Assembly: GCA_965237415.1 (NCBI GenBank)
Contig: CBDEFM010000002.1
Span: 3,424,001-3,488,000, forward strand
Length of the DNA: 64,000 nt
Direction: 5' to 3'
Source of the DNA: Alphaproteobacteria bacterium
GTDB taxonomy: Bacteria; Pseudomonadota; Alphaproteobacteria; UBA828
This document shows, piece by piece, positions 25,708 through 35,780 of the stretch; positions within the stretch are counted from its first letter, which is position 1, and each line of letters starts with the position of its first letter. The position numbers were made by a program, and so were the translations under genes. Under the pieces are notes generated by a model. The model saw only the letters and a list, made by a program, of their open reading frames with translations, was not told where the DNA came from and ran no database searches.

Positions 25708-26499
25708 TCAGCCAGGGCGCGCCGCCCTCGCATCCACGCGGATCGTGACGATATCGGTGTCGTGATACTGCTGGTGGTGGACCGAGGAGGCGAGGTGACG
25801 CAGGAGTCGTAGCGAAACCTCGCGTTCGGGTGCGTCGTCGGTCGCCGTCATGCCGCCGGCCGTCATGCCGTTCTCCAGGAGCCCGCCGGCGATGCCCGAG
25901 ACATGCTCGGGAAAGACCACACCGTTCTGGAAGCCGACCCCGATCCAGAAGGACACGCCGGCAATCAGACCCTTGCGGTAGTCGATCCCGTCCTGGATGA
26001 CGATCCTCTTGCCGACCACGAAGAGCAGCCCCAGCAGCACGGTGATGTAGGCCGCCGCAACCGGCCCCGGAATCGCCAGCACCACGGCGAGCGCCTTGGG
26101 AATGAACGCCACAACGACGAATGAGACCCCGAGCGCGATGCCCACACTACGGGCGCGGACCCCAGTGAGCGCGGTGACCGATATGCTGGTCGAATAGGTC
26201 GTGTTCGGCACCGTCCCCATCAGGCCGGAGAACAGGTTGCCCACGCCGTCTGCGCTCACCGCCCCTTGCACGGCCCGAAAGTCCACCGCCCGCGGCTTGC
26301 GCCAGGAGACGCGCTGGATCGCGATGCCGTCGCCCACCGTCTCGATGGCGCCGACCAGAGTCACGAACACGAACGCCGGCAGCAGGCCCCAGAAGACCGG
26401 CCCGAAGTCGAGGTCGAAGCCCGGCCATCCGCCCTCGGGCAGGCCGACCCACGACGCCGCGGCGATGAGGTGCGGTGCTCCGTGCTCCGGCGACGTCAC
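25708..26499 (-). pseudogene. NCS2 xanthine/uracil permease family fragment
   Basis: IETVGD, ADGVGN, PNTTYSTS signature region present; N-terminal TMs missing; abrupt junction MTAGGMTA/TDDAPERE. Confidence 0.7.
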
Positions 26500-27398
26500 A
26501 CGTCGTATTCGAGGCCGATGTCGCGGTAGCGTTCGGGGTCCTCAAGCCAGCGCTGACGCACCTTCACGAAGAGCCTCAGGTCGATCGGGTAGCCCAGGAT
26601 TTGAGAGAGCTCGGCGCGGGCTGCCGTGCCGATTGCCTTGATCTGCCGCCCGCCCTTGCCGAGGACGATGCCCTTGTGCGTCTCCCTTTGCACGTAAATC
26701 ACCTGCTCGACTCTGACGCCCCCGCTGCGGGCACTGGCCCAGCCTTCGGTCTCGACCGCGACGGCGTAGGGGAGCTCCTGGCGCAGCTGCAGGAAGAGCT
26801 GCTCGCGCGTGATCTCGGCCGCCAGCAGGCGCTCCGATATGTCGGTGAGCTGGTCTTCGGGATAGAGCCAGGGGCCCGGCGGCATCCGCGCCTTGAGCAA
26901 GTCCAGAAGGTCGTCGACACCGTCGCCATCGAGCGCCGAGACCATGAAGATCTCAGCCGCGAGCCCGGTTTCCCCGACCCCCGCCGCGAGCGGCAACAGG
27001 GCGTGGCGCGGCACCAGGTCGATCTTGTTGAGGGCGACCAGGGTCTCGCGCCCAGTCTCCCGGAGCCGGTCGATGATCGCTCTGGTTTCGCCCGTCAGAC
27101 CGCGCCGCGCGTCCACCAGCAGCAGGATGGCGTCGGCGTCGCTGGCACCGCTCCAGGCGGCGTGGACCATCGCACGCTCGAAGCGGTGCCTCGCGGCGAA
27201 GATGCCGGGCGTGTCGACGAAGACGAGCTGAACCTCGTCCAGGACGCGGATCCCGCGCAACCGGCTCCGCGTTGTCTGGACCTTGGGCGAGACGATCGCG
27301 ACCTTGGTGCCCACCAGCCGGTTGACCAGGGTCGACTTGCCGACGTTGGGCGCCCCCAGAACGGCGACGAAGCCCGCGCGGGTGCCGCCCTCAGCCAT
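26496..27398 (-). CDS. era: GTPase Era
   Basis: GAPNVGKS, QTTR, DTPG, NKID, KH domain GKGG, LFVKV. Confidence 0.97.
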   Translation of the reverse strand: MAEGGTRAGFVAVLGAPNVGKSTLVNRLVGTKVAIVSPKVQTTRSRLRGIRVLDEVQLVFVDTPGIFAARHRFERAMVHAAWSGASDADAILLLVDARRGLTGETRAIIDRLRETGRETLVALNKIDLVPRHALLPLAAGVGETGLAAEIFMVSALDGDGVDDLLDLLKARMPPGPWLYPEDQLTDISERLLAAEITREQLFLQLRQELPYAVAVETEGWASARSGGVRVEQVIYVQRETHKGIVLGKGGRQIKAIGTAARAELSQILGYPIDLRLFVKVRQRWLEDPERYRDIGLEYDV

Positions 27399-28110
27399 CG
27401 CTGTTGTCTTCGTCACCGGCAATTCGCGAGAGCAGCGCGCCGGCGGCGCCTTGCTCTGCGGCGCGCTTGGTGGCGCCGGTGGCCACCACCCTGCCGAGCC
27501 CGGTGACCTCCGCCTCGACCTCGAAGACCGGTGCGTGGGCGGGGCCGCTAGAAGAGAGCGTGCGATAGACCGGGAGCCCGCGCGCCCTCGATTGCGTCCA
27601 TTCCTGGAGCCGGGTCTTGGCGTCGCGCGGGGGTTCGGGGTCGGCCGTCATCGCCGACTCCCAGTAGCGGCGGATGAAGCGTTCAGCAGCTTCGAGTCCG
27701 CCGTCGATATAGAGGGCGCCGATCACCGCCTCGCAGGCATCCGCGAGGTTCGCCGGATTGTCGCGCCCGCCGGCTGCGCCCTCGCCGCGGCCCAAGGCGA
27801 GCCGTGGGCCGAGCGAGAGCGAGCGGGCCACGCCCGCCAACGTCTCGCGGCGGACGAGCGCGGAGTAGCGTTGGGAGAGGGCACCCTCGGCTTCGTGCGG
27901 AAACGCCTCGTACAGCATGACCGCCACGACCATGCCGAGCACGCGGTCCCCCAGGAACTCCAGGCGTTGATTGCTGCCGGCTTGTGTGCCTACGCTTGGA
28001 TGGCGGAGCGCGAGCGCGAGCAGCGCCGGGCGCGCAAAGCGGTGGCCGAGCGCAGCTTCGAGAGGCTCCGGCGGTGCGGCGGCGGCCTCCGCCTCGGACG
28101 GCGAAATTAT
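27391..28110 (-). CDS. rnc: Ribonuclease III (apparent non-canonical ATA/ATT start)
   Basis: Frame open upstream of the track ORF: IISPSEAE...LGHRFARPALLALALRHPS...NQRLEFLGDRVL; ADACEAVIGALYIDGG; dsRBD DAKTRLQE. Confidence 0.9.
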   Translation of the reverse strand: MISPSEAEAAAAPPEPLEAALGHRFARPALLALALRHPSVGTQAGSNQRLEFLGDRVLGMVVAVMLYEAFPHEAEGALSQRYSALVRRETLAGVARSLSLGPRLALGRGEGAAGGRDNPANLADACEAVIGALYIDGGLEAAERFIRRYWESAMTADPEPPRDAKTRLQEWTQSRARGLPVYRTLSSSGPAHAPVFEVEAEVTGLGRVVATGATKRAAEQGAAGALLSRIAGDEDNSDG

Positions 28111-28124
28111 TGCGTCCCCGGGCG

Positions 28125-28892
28125 CTAGTCGATCGCCTTGAATATCCGCTCGCCGCGTGTTGCGTCCGGCCAGTTCCAGACCTCCCCGATGCTGACTCCG
28201 TCGGCCAGCGAATGGAAGATGAACTCGGCCCGGCCCACAAGATTTTCCAACGGGATAAATCCGACCGACGGCACGCGGCTGTCGAGCGAGTTGTCGCGAT
28301 TGTCGCCCATGGCGAAGTAGTGATCGGGGGGCACGGTGTAAATCTGCGTGTTGTCGAGGCTGCCCGTGGGCGTCGCGTCGAGGATCATGTGGGTCACGCC
28401 GTTGGGCAGCGTCTCGCGATATTGGCGGAGGACGCGCTCGCGGCCGTAGCGGTCCTTGTAGCTGTAGTCATCGACTCGTTCGCGCTCGACCGGCGTGCCG
28501 TTGATGTGGAGCACGCCCTTGAGGACCTGGATGCGGTCGCCGGGAAGGCCAATGATCCGCTTGATGTAGTCGGTCTCGTTGTCCCGGGGCAGCTTGAAGA
28601 CCGCGACGTCGCCCCGATCTGGTGGGCTTTCGATAATCCGCCCGTCGAACAGGTCGATGCTCCACGGCAGCGAGTACTGGCTGTACCCGTAGGCGTATTT
28701 CGAGACGAACAGATAGTCGCCGACCAGAAGCGTCGGAATCATCGAGCCCGACGGGATGTTGAAGGGCTCGATGGCGACGGTGCGCACGACCAACGCGGCG
28801 ATTACCGCATAGATCAGGGTCCGGACGGTATCCCACAGGCCGCCGGACCAATTCTTGGCCGTGTCCTTGCTTTGAGTCTTGGCGCGCCACAT
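28125..28892 (-). CDS. lepB: Signal peptidase I
   Basis: IPSGSMIPTL, YIKRIIGLPGD, MGDNRDNSLDSR. Confidence 0.97.
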   Translation of the reverse strand: MWRAKTQSKDTAKNWSGGLWDTVRTLIYAVIAALVVRTVAIEPFNIPSGSMIPTLLVGDYLFVSKYAYGYSQYSLPWSIDLFDGRIIESPPDRGDVAVFKLPRDNETDYIKRIIGLPGDRIQVLKGVLHINGTPVERERVDDYSYKDRYGRERVLRQYRETLPNGVTHMILDATPTGSLDNTQIYTVPPDHYFAMGDNRDNSLDSRVPSVGFIPLENLVGRAEFIFHSLADGVSIGEVWNWPDATRGERIFKAID

Positions 28893-28952
28893 GTGCGGTC
28901 GGTTCGGTTCCAGCTGGTCGCGGCCCGCGCCGCCCGCTGCCTCTCTTTGCCG

Positions 28953-29357
28953 TCAGTCGGTTGCAGGGATTGCCGTGATTACCACGATGGCCTGGGCGAT
29001 GGGGGGCTCATCGGTCAAGGTCACGTCGATCCGGCACCTCATGCCCGAAGGCGTGAGCGATTGCAAGCGCCTGAGCGCGCCGCCGGTCAGCTCGATGGTC
29101 GGCTGGCCGGAGGGAAGATTGACCACCGCCATATCGCGCCAGAAGACCCCGTTGCGAAGCCCCGTGCCGAGCGCCTTAGCGCAGGCTTCCTTGGCGGCGA
29201 AGCGGCGGGCGTAGGTCTCCTCCGGCCTCAGCCGGCGTTCGGCGCGGGCACGCTCCACTGCGGTGAAGACGCGGTGGGTGAAGCGCGCGCCGAAGCGGTC
29301 GAGCGTGGCCGCGATCCGCCTGATGTCGACGATGTCGGAGCCGAGACCCACGATCAT
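28953..29357 (-). CDS. acpS: Holo-ACP synthase
   Basis: [25 protein letters not shown]; alternative ATG at 29390. Confidence 0.95.
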   Translation of the reverse strand: MIVGLGSDIVDIRRIAATLDRFGARFTHRVFTAVERARAERRLRPEETYARRFAAKEACAKALGTGLRNGVFWRDMAVVNLPSGQPTIELTGGALRRLQSLTPSGMRCRIDVTLTDEPPIAQAIVVITAIPATD

Positions 29358-29445
29358 CGGCCACGCTTGCGGCTCGGCGGCGGCGCTCATGATGCAGGCA
29401 TCCGGGTCGTTCCAGGCCGCCGGTCGCACCGCTTCGGGCGTGCCA

Positions 29446-30129
29446 TCAGCGGCCGCGGTCCCCCATCACCTGATCGAGGTGGGTCACGTTTGCGGCGACC
29501 GGCTCAGCGGCCTGGGGGGCGGCCTCGGGGATGGTGATGTCGTCCTCCACCTCCTGCGTCTGCTCGAGTCTGGCGCGGCGCTCCTCGTCGAGCGCGCGGA
29601 GCCGGCGCAAACGCCTGGCCTGTCGGTGGTGCTGGTAGTTACCCACCACCCGTCGGATCGGAAAGTAGATCAAAACCCACACGACCACCCCTGTCGGCAA
29701 GCCGCCCACCAGCATGGGCAGGAGCACCGTCTCCGGCTGCTCGAAAATGGTGCTGATCGTGAGCTCTTCGGGCAGCTCCTGCCCGCGCTCGTAACCGAGG
29801 ATCCACGTTCCGAGCCACATGATGCCCGCCCAGATGAAGGGGAAGGTCCACGGGTTGCCGACCGCGGTACCGATTGCCGACGCAATGATGTTGCCGCGCA
29901 GCACCCATGCGAGCATCGCAGCGAAGATGAAGTGAAAGCCGACAAAGGGCGTGAACGAGACCGCCGCGCCGCAGGCGAAGCCGCAGGCGATGGCGTAAGG
30001 CGAACCTTGCAGCCGCTTGAGCTTGAAGGTCCAGTACCTGAAAATCCGGCCCCAGCCCATGCGAGGCCACACGAACCGTCGGACGCGCGCCCATCGGCTC
30101 AGCTTCTCGCGTCGGCGGAACAGGCTCAA
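29446..30129 (-). CDS. DUF2062 family membrane protein
   Basis: [32 protein letters not shown]. Confidence 0.85.
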   Translation of the reverse strand: MSLFRRREKLSRWARVRRFVWPRMGWGRIFRYWTFKLKRLQGSPYAIACGFACGAAVSFTPFVGFHFIFAAMLAWVLRGNIIASAIGTAVGNPWTFPFIWAGIMWLGTWILGYERGQELPEELTISTIFEQPETVLLPMLVGGLPTGVVVWVLIYFPIRRVVGNYQHHRQARRLRRLRALDEERRARLEQTQEVEDDITIPEAAPQAAEPVAANVTHLDQVMGDRGR

Positions 30130-30463
30130 GGGGGCCCTCGCGTCAGCCCGCGTTCGGCAGGAGTCTCCGCTCCGGCCGTGCGCGCCGCGCTGGGCCGTGA
30201 GCCGCCGACCGTCTCATCGCTTCCCTCCCAACCGCGGGTCCACCCTTCTTGTTTTTGTCCCCAAACCGGAGAGTTAGCCCAAGAAACGGCTGTCACGCAA
30301 GGTTTGCAGCATCCGTCCGCCCGGTCCTCAAATTAACGTTGGCGCGGATTGCCGACTGAGTCAGCGTTGCATTTAGTGTGTAATACTGTATATTGGGCTT
30401 TTAGGGCAAAACACTCCAAGATTTTGAACCGGTGTGCGCCCAGCACCGGACGGAGGATCGGTT

Positions 30464-30898
30464 ATGACAGCCTGGACACCGGAGAGGGTCGAGACCGTAA
30501 CCCGGCTGTGGAATGAGGGACTCACGACCGCCGAGATCGGGCGTGCGGTCGGCATGTCGAAGAATGCCGTCGTCGGCAAGGCGCATAGGCTTCAGCTCCC
30601 GCCGCGTCCGTCGCCGATCAGGCGCGGCACGAGCACCCCGAGCGTGCCGCGGGCGCCGAGCTATTCGAACGGGCGGCAATCGGCGAAGGCGCCGACTGGG
30701 GTCGTCGTTCGAGTCAAGCCAAGAGCGCCGCGACCGCCCCTCGCCGTCGGCAACGCAGCCTGCAAGTGGCCTATCGGTCACCCGGACGAGGCCGGTTTCC
30801 ATTTCTGCGGCGAGCACGCGCTGCTCGGCAAGCCCTACTGCCCGGAGCACTACAGCAAGGCCTACGTGGCTGTCAGGCCGCGCTCCGACGCAGCCTGA
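30464..30898 (+). CDS. gcrA: GcrA cell-cycle regulator
   Basis: WTPERV...LWNEG...SKNAVVGKAHRL; CKWPIG...FHFCG...PYCPEH; GGAGG RBS. Confidence 0.93.
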   Translation: MTAWTPERVETVTRLWNEGLTTAEIGRAVGMSKNAVVGKAHRLQLPPRPSPIRRGTSTPSVPRAPSYSNGRQSAKAPTGVVVRVKPRAPRPPLAVGNAACKWPIGHPDEAGFHFCGEHALLGKPYCPEHYSKAYVAVRPRSDAA

Positions 30899-30925
30899 TC
30901 TGCGCTTTCCTCTGGCGGGGCGCCG

Positions 30926-31279
30926 CTACGACGCCGGCTGGTCTGACTCTCCCGCGGCAGCCAGCCGCTCGATCTCGGCGTCCATGCGGCCCTGCCACAT
31001 CAGCGCCCACATGTGAAAGTCGCCGGCCAGGCTGAACAGCGGATAGGTGAAGGTGGCCGGTCGGTTGCGCTCGATCAGGAGGTGGCTGAGCCAGGCGAAA
31101 AGGTAGCCGCAGACGAGCGCGGCCGGCAGCAACAGCGGCTCGCCTAAGACCGCAGCCACCACAACCAGAGCGACGGCGCCCGTCGTGCCGACGAAGTGTA
31201 GTCGGCGTGTTCCCGCCCGGCTGTGCTCGGCAACATAGTAGTGCCAGAAGGCTCGGTACCCACGAATTCGCTCGCTCAT
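30926..31279 (-). CDS. DUF962/Mpo1-like membrane protein
   Basis: FWHYYVAEH...RRLHFVG...AWLSHLLIERNRPATFTYP. Confidence 0.88.
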   Translation of the reverse strand: MSERIRGYRAFWHYYVAEHSRAGTRRLHFVGTTGAVALVVVAAVLGEPLLLPAALVCGYLFAWLSHLLIERNRPATFTYPLFSLAGDFHMWALMWQGRMDAEIERLAAAGESDQPAS

Positions 31280-31565
31280 GGCGGCTGGACTATATAGCCC
31301 TGAGTCGCCGGGCGCTCGCCCCGCTCGCATCGCGAGCTCATGCGCGCGTTTCCGCGCGACGCTACGCGCCGAAGGCGCGCGGCGCGGTCGCGCCGTTGGG
31401 GACTGCGGCCCGATGCGCCGTGCGTTACGGTCGATGTCATCGCACGTATCGGACGTCATCTCGTCTTGCCTTATCCGTTTCGTTGCGTTTTCGGGCGATG
31501 TTTGTGATTCTACACCATAGTCCTTGGTTCTCGATCACGCGGCGAACCCCCGCGCAAGGGAGACC

Positions 31566-32129
31566 ATGCCCATGGCGGCGATGACCACACCGGTCTGCGA
31601 TTTCGGTTGGAAGGCGATCGACTTTCGGCTGGAAGGAACTGACGGCAAGATCCACACCCTCGCTGACTGCACCGGCGAGCGCGGCACGCTGGTGATGTTT
31701 CTTTGCAACCATTGCCCGTTCGTGAAGGCGGTCATCGACCGGATCGTGCAGGACGTGGACGAGCTCGGCTGCCACGGCATCGGCGCCGTCGCCATCATGC
31801 CGAACGACACCGCGGCCTACCCCGCCGATTCCTTCGACAACATGAAGCAGTTTGCTGCCGAGCACGGATTCGGCTTCCCTTACCTGATCGACCGGACTCA
31901 AGAGATCGCACGGGCCTACGACAGCGTGTGCACGCCGGACTTCTTCGGCTTCGACGGCAACCTCGGCCTGCAGTACCGGGGCCGGCTCGACGCCTCGCGG
32001 ATGGAGCCGGTGGCCGGCGCGCGCCGCGAGCTCCTCGAGGCCATGATCCAGGTCGCCGAGACCGGGCGGGGGCCCGAGGAGCAGCTGCCGTCCATGGGGT
32101 GTTCGATCAAATGGCGCGAGGCCGCCTGA
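31566..32129 (+). CDS. Thioredoxin/peroxiredoxin-like protein
   Basis: CNHCPFV, FPYLID, CTPDFF, YRGRLD, SMGCSIKW. Confidence 0.92.
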   Translation: MPMAAMTTPVCDFGWKAIDFRLEGTDGKIHTLADCTGERGTLVMFLCNHCPFVKAVIDRIVQDVDELGCHGIGAVAIMPNDTAAYPADSFDNMKQFAAEHGFGFPYLIDRTQEIARAYDSVCTPDFFGFDGNLGLQYRGRLDASRMEPVAGARRELLEAMIQVAETGRGPEEQLPSMGCSIKWREAA

Positions 32130-32186
32130 GCCGGGTTCCCGCGCCTCGCGGGACGGCACGGCAACGGCACTGACGGAGACGCAGGC

Positions 32187-32918
32187 GTGGTCGATATCTT
32201 CCGAGAGGTCGATGAGGACCTTCGGCACGAACGCTATCTCAAGCTCTGGCGGCGGTGGCGCTATTGGCTGCTGGGCGTGGGCGTGGTGGCGCTCGGCGCT
32301 GCGGTCGCCTACGTGGTGATCACCGACGCCAAGGAGAGCGCCCGCCAGGCGGAGGGGCGGCAGTTCGCAGCCGCGATTGCCGGGATCGAGGCCGGCCGCG
32401 GGAGCGAGGCCGTGGAACGGCTCGCAATGCTCGCCGCTGATTCGGAGAGCGGCTACGCCGCGCTCGCCCGGCTCGGAGAGGCCGATGCGCGCGCAAGGCG
32501 AGGCGACATCACCGGCGCCGTCCTGACGTACGATCTCCTGGCCGGGGACAGCAGTATCGACCCGCTCTATCGCGACTTGGGCGCCCTGCTTGCGGCGCAG
32601 CGCTTGGTCGATCGCGCACCTGTGGCGGAGGTCAACCAACGCCTTGCGTCTCTGCTTGCAGGCCATTCGCCGTGGCGGCCGCTCGCGGCAGAGCTTTCGG
32701 CCATTGCGGAGATGCGCGCCGGCAACGAGGAAGCGGCGCGTGCGCTCTTCGCAGAGCTCGTGAGCGACCCCGCCGCACCGCTCGGCCTGCGCCAACGGGC
32801 GGCCGAGCTGCTGACGAGCCTCGGCGGCGATCTGGAGGCGGCGCTGGCGGGCGGCGCCTCGTCCGTCGCCCGGGACGACGCCGATACGGCCGGCCCGGCC
32901 GGGGAGGCGGCGGAATGA
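32187..32918 (+). CDS. YfgM-like membrane-anchored TPR protein
   Basis: DIFREVDEDLR, single TM, helical repeats; precedes bamB-der. Confidence 0.85.
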   Translation: MVDIFREVDEDLRHERYLKLWRRWRYWLLGVGVVALGAAVAYVVITDAKESARQAEGRQFAAAIAGIEAGRGSEAVERLAMLAADSESGYAALARLGEADARARRGDITGAVLTYDLLAGDSSIDPLYRDLGALLAAQRLVDRAPVAEVNQRLASLLAGHSPWRPLAAELSAIAEMRAGNEEAARALFAELVSDPAAPLGLRQRAAELLTSLGGDLEAALAGGASSVARDDADTAGPAGEAAE

Positions 32919-34270
32919 CACACGTCTTGCCGAGGGGAATCGAACGGGGCGCCGCCCTGCTCGGACTCTGCCTCGCGCTCGGCCTTGGCGGCTGCGACAC
33001 CGTGTCGGACTTGTTCGACGATTCGGACGAAGCGCCGCTGGCCGGCGATCGGCTCTCGGTGATCTTCCTCGAACGGCAGCTGGAGCCGGACCCCGGCGCC
33101 GATCTGCTCACGGTGCGCCTGCCGCCGCCCTATGTGAACGAGGACTGGCCCCAGGCAGGGGGCTACCCCCACCATGCCATGCACCATCTCGCCGCGGCCG
33201 ATGTCCTCGCGGAGGCTTGGCGCGTCCGCATCGGTCGCGGCACCGACGATGACGGGCCCGCCCTGTCACCGCCCGTCATCGCCGGCGGACGGGTCTTCAC
33301 CATGGATTCGAGGAGCCTGATTTCGGCCTTCGACGCGACCACCGGTGCCAGATTGTGGACTGCCGACACCCGGCCCGAAGACGATGACGAAGGCGCCTTC
33401 GGCGGCGGCCTCGCGCTGGCGGGGGGCTGGCTGTTCGCGGCCACGGGCCTCGGCCACGTGCTCGCGCTGGATGCGGAGACCGGTGCCATGCAGTGGCGGC
33501 AACCCATCGGCGTGCCTGTGCGTGCAGCGCCCGTCATCTCCGGCGGCCGTGTCTTCGCCGTGAGCCATGACAACCGGCTCTGGGCGCTGGATGCCCGCAG
33601 CGGCGCCGTGCAGTGGAGCCATGCCGGGATCGAGGAGAGCGCCGGTTTTCTCGGCGGGGCGAGCCCGGCGGTGGATGGCGGCATCGTCATCGCGCCCTTC
33701 TCGTCCGGAGAGCTGACGGCGCTCCGGGTCGAGAACGGGCGCACCGTCTGGGCCGATATCCTCGCCGTCCAGGGTGTCCGCATCGGCGCCATCGCGACCT
33801 TCAACGACATCGACGGAAGCCCCGTGATGGATCGGGGCCTCGTCTTGGCGATCGGTCATGGCGGACGCATGGTCTCCATCGATGAGCGCAGCGGCCGGCG
33901 CGTCTGGGAGCGGGACATCGCCGGTCTCGATACGCCATGGGTCGCCGGCGAATTCGTGTTCGTGATGACCGCTGATGGCGAGCTCGTCTGCTTGAGCCGG
34001 GAGCGCGGCGCCATTCTTTGGGTCCGGTCGCTGCCGCGCTTCGAGGACCCGGAGGATCGAGAGGATCCGATTTTCTGGTCCGGTCCGGCTCTGGTCGGCG
34101 ATCGGCTGATCGCCGCGGGCTCGGACGGCAGCGTGCTCTCGATCTCGCCCTATGACGGCCGCTATCTGGGTGCGTACGACGCAAGAGGCGCCGTTCGCCT
34201 GCCGCCCGTGGTCGCCGATCGGACGCTCTTCATCCTGACCGACGACGCGGATCTGATCGCACTCCGCTGA
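32915..34270 (+). CDS. bamB: PQQ-like beta-propeller lipoprotein (BamB family)
   Basis: Lipobox LGGC; repeated A.DA.TG...W motifs; synteny with der; ATGA overlap. Confidence 0.8.
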   Translation: MTHVLPRGIERGAALLGLCLALGLGGCDTVSDLFDDSDEAPLAGDRLSVIFLERQLEPDPGADLLTVRLPPPYVNEDWPQAGGYPHHAMHHLAAADVLAEAWRVRIGRGTDDDGPALSPPVIAGGRVFTMDSRSLISAFDATTGARLWTADTRPEDDDEGAFGGGLALAGGWLFAATGLGHVLALDAETGAMQWRQPIGVPVRAAPVISGGRVFAVSHDNRLWALDARSGAVQWSHAGIEESAGFLGGASPAVDGGIVIAPFSSGELTALRVENGRTVWADILAVQGVRIGAIATFNDIDGSPVMDRGLVLAIGHGGRMVSIDERSGRRVWERDIAGLDTPWVAGEFVFVMTADGELVCLSRERGAILWVRSLPRFEDPEDREDPIFWSGPALVGDRLIAAGSDGSVLSISPYDGRYLGAYDARGAVRLPPVVADRTLFILTDDADLIALR

Positions 34271-34279
34271 GGCCCGCCT

Positions 34280-35620
34280 GTGGCCTTCACTGTCGCCATC
34301 GTCGGCCGCCCCAACGTCGGCAAGTCGACGCTCTTCAACCGGCTGGTCGGCCGGCGCGCCGCGCTTGTCGCACGGACGCCCGGCGTGACCCGGGACCGGC
34401 GCGAAGGCTGGGCGCGGATCGGCCCCCTCAGGTTCCGCGCCATCGACACGGCGGGGCTCGAGGAGGCGGCGCCGGAGACTCTCGCCGGCCGTATGATGGC
34501 GCAGACGGCGCGCGCGCTGGAGGAGGCCGACGCCGCGCTTCTCCTGATCGACGGCCGGGCAGGGGTGACACCGGCCGACGCGTTCTTCGTGAACCAGCTC
34601 CGGCGGCTGCAGGTCCCCATTATTCTTGCGGTCAACAAGTGCGAGGGCAGCGCTGCCGAGGGCGGGATCGCGGAGAGCCACGCCCTCGGGCTGGGGCAGC
34701 CGATCCCGATCTCGGCGGAGCACGGGGAGGGCCTTGCGGACCTCTACGACGCGCTGAGCCCCTTCGACTCCGAGGCGGCGCAGGGTGCCGCCGCCGCACC
34801 CGGCGCGGACGACGTGCTCCGGCTCGCCATCGTCGGCCGCCCCAATGTCGGCAAGTCGACGCTGCTCAACCGGCTGGTGGGCGAGGCGCGCGTCATCACC
34901 GGCGCCGAGCCGGGGCTCACGCGGGATTCGATCGCGGTGCGCTGGTCCTACGAGGGTCGGGCGGTCGAGCTGGTGGATACCGCGGGCATGCGCCGCCGGG
35001 CCAAGACCGTGAAGGCGCTCGACAAGCTCTCGTCGCGGGACGCCGAGCGCGCCCTTGGCCAGGCGGCGGTGGTGCTCGCCGTGTTCGACGCCACCGACCC
35101 CGCTAGCCGACAGGACATGGCGATTGCCGCCCGTGTGGCGGACGAAGGCCGGGCCCTCGTCATCCTGCTCAACAAGTGGGATCTGGTGCGGGACCGTACC
35201 GCCGCGCGCGCTGCCGTCGAGGATCGGCTGGAGGCGGCGCTCGCCCAGGTGAAAGGGGTTCCGCTGGTGACCTGCTCGGCGCTGACCGGCGCGGGTGCCG
35301 AGAAGATCATGCCGGCGGTGCTCGCCGCCTTCGAGACATGGAACCGCCGCGTGCCCACCGCCGCGCTCAACCGCTGGCTGGAAGGGGCGGTCGACCATCA
35401 TCCGCCGCCGCTCGTGGCCGGCCGAAGGCTGAAGCTCCGCTATATCACCCAGGTCAAGGCGCGGCCGCCGACCTTCGCCCTCTTTGCGAGCAAGCCGACG
35501 GCGCTGCCGGAGAGCTATCGCCGCTATCTGGTGAACGGGATCGGCGCCGAATTCGGCCTCGCCGGCGTGCCGATCCGCCTCATGCTGCGCGCGGGCAAGA
35601 ACCCCTATGCACCAGGGTAG
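34280..35620 (+). CDS. der: Ribosome biogenesis GTPase Der
   Basis: Two GRPNVGKS domains, DTAG, NKCE/NKWD, C-terminal KNPY. Confidence 0.97.
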   Translation: MAFTVAIVGRPNVGKSTLFNRLVGRRAALVARTPGVTRDRREGWARIGPLRFRAIDTAGLEEAAPETLAGRMMAQTARALEEADAALLLIDGRAGVTPADAFFVNQLRRLQVPIILAVNKCEGSAAEGGIAESHALGLGQPIPISAEHGEGLADLYDALSPFDSEAAQGAAAAPGADDVLRLAIVGRPNVGKSTLLNRLVGEARVITGAEPGLTRDSIAVRWSYEGRAVELVDTAGMRRRAKTVKALDKLSSRDAERALGQAAVVLAVFDATDPASRQDMAIAARVADEGRALVILLNKWDLVRDRTAARAAVEDRLEAALAQVKGVPLVTCSALTGAGAEKIMPAVLAAFETWNRRVPTAALNRWLEGAVDHHPPPLVAGRRLKLRYITQVKARPPTFALFASKPTALPESYRRYLVNGIGAEFGLAGVPIRLMLRAGKNPYAPG

Positions 35621-35780
35621 GGTGGAATTCTCGCCGCGGCCTCGGTATGCGCTGCCATCTGAGCGAAGAGCGGATAAGGCGCATCGAGCGAGGAAGGGAC
35701 GACAGCGAAAACATGAAATTACAAAACGAAGCCAATTTCACGTAACTCGTTGTTTCATAACACAACTTGACGAATTTCAC

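Noticed and set aside
30300-30460. Full CtrA or DnaA boxes upstream of gcrA
   Set aside because: Only a TTAAC half-site (30333), one GANTC (30358) and a 2-mismatch DnaA-like 9-mer; too weak to call.
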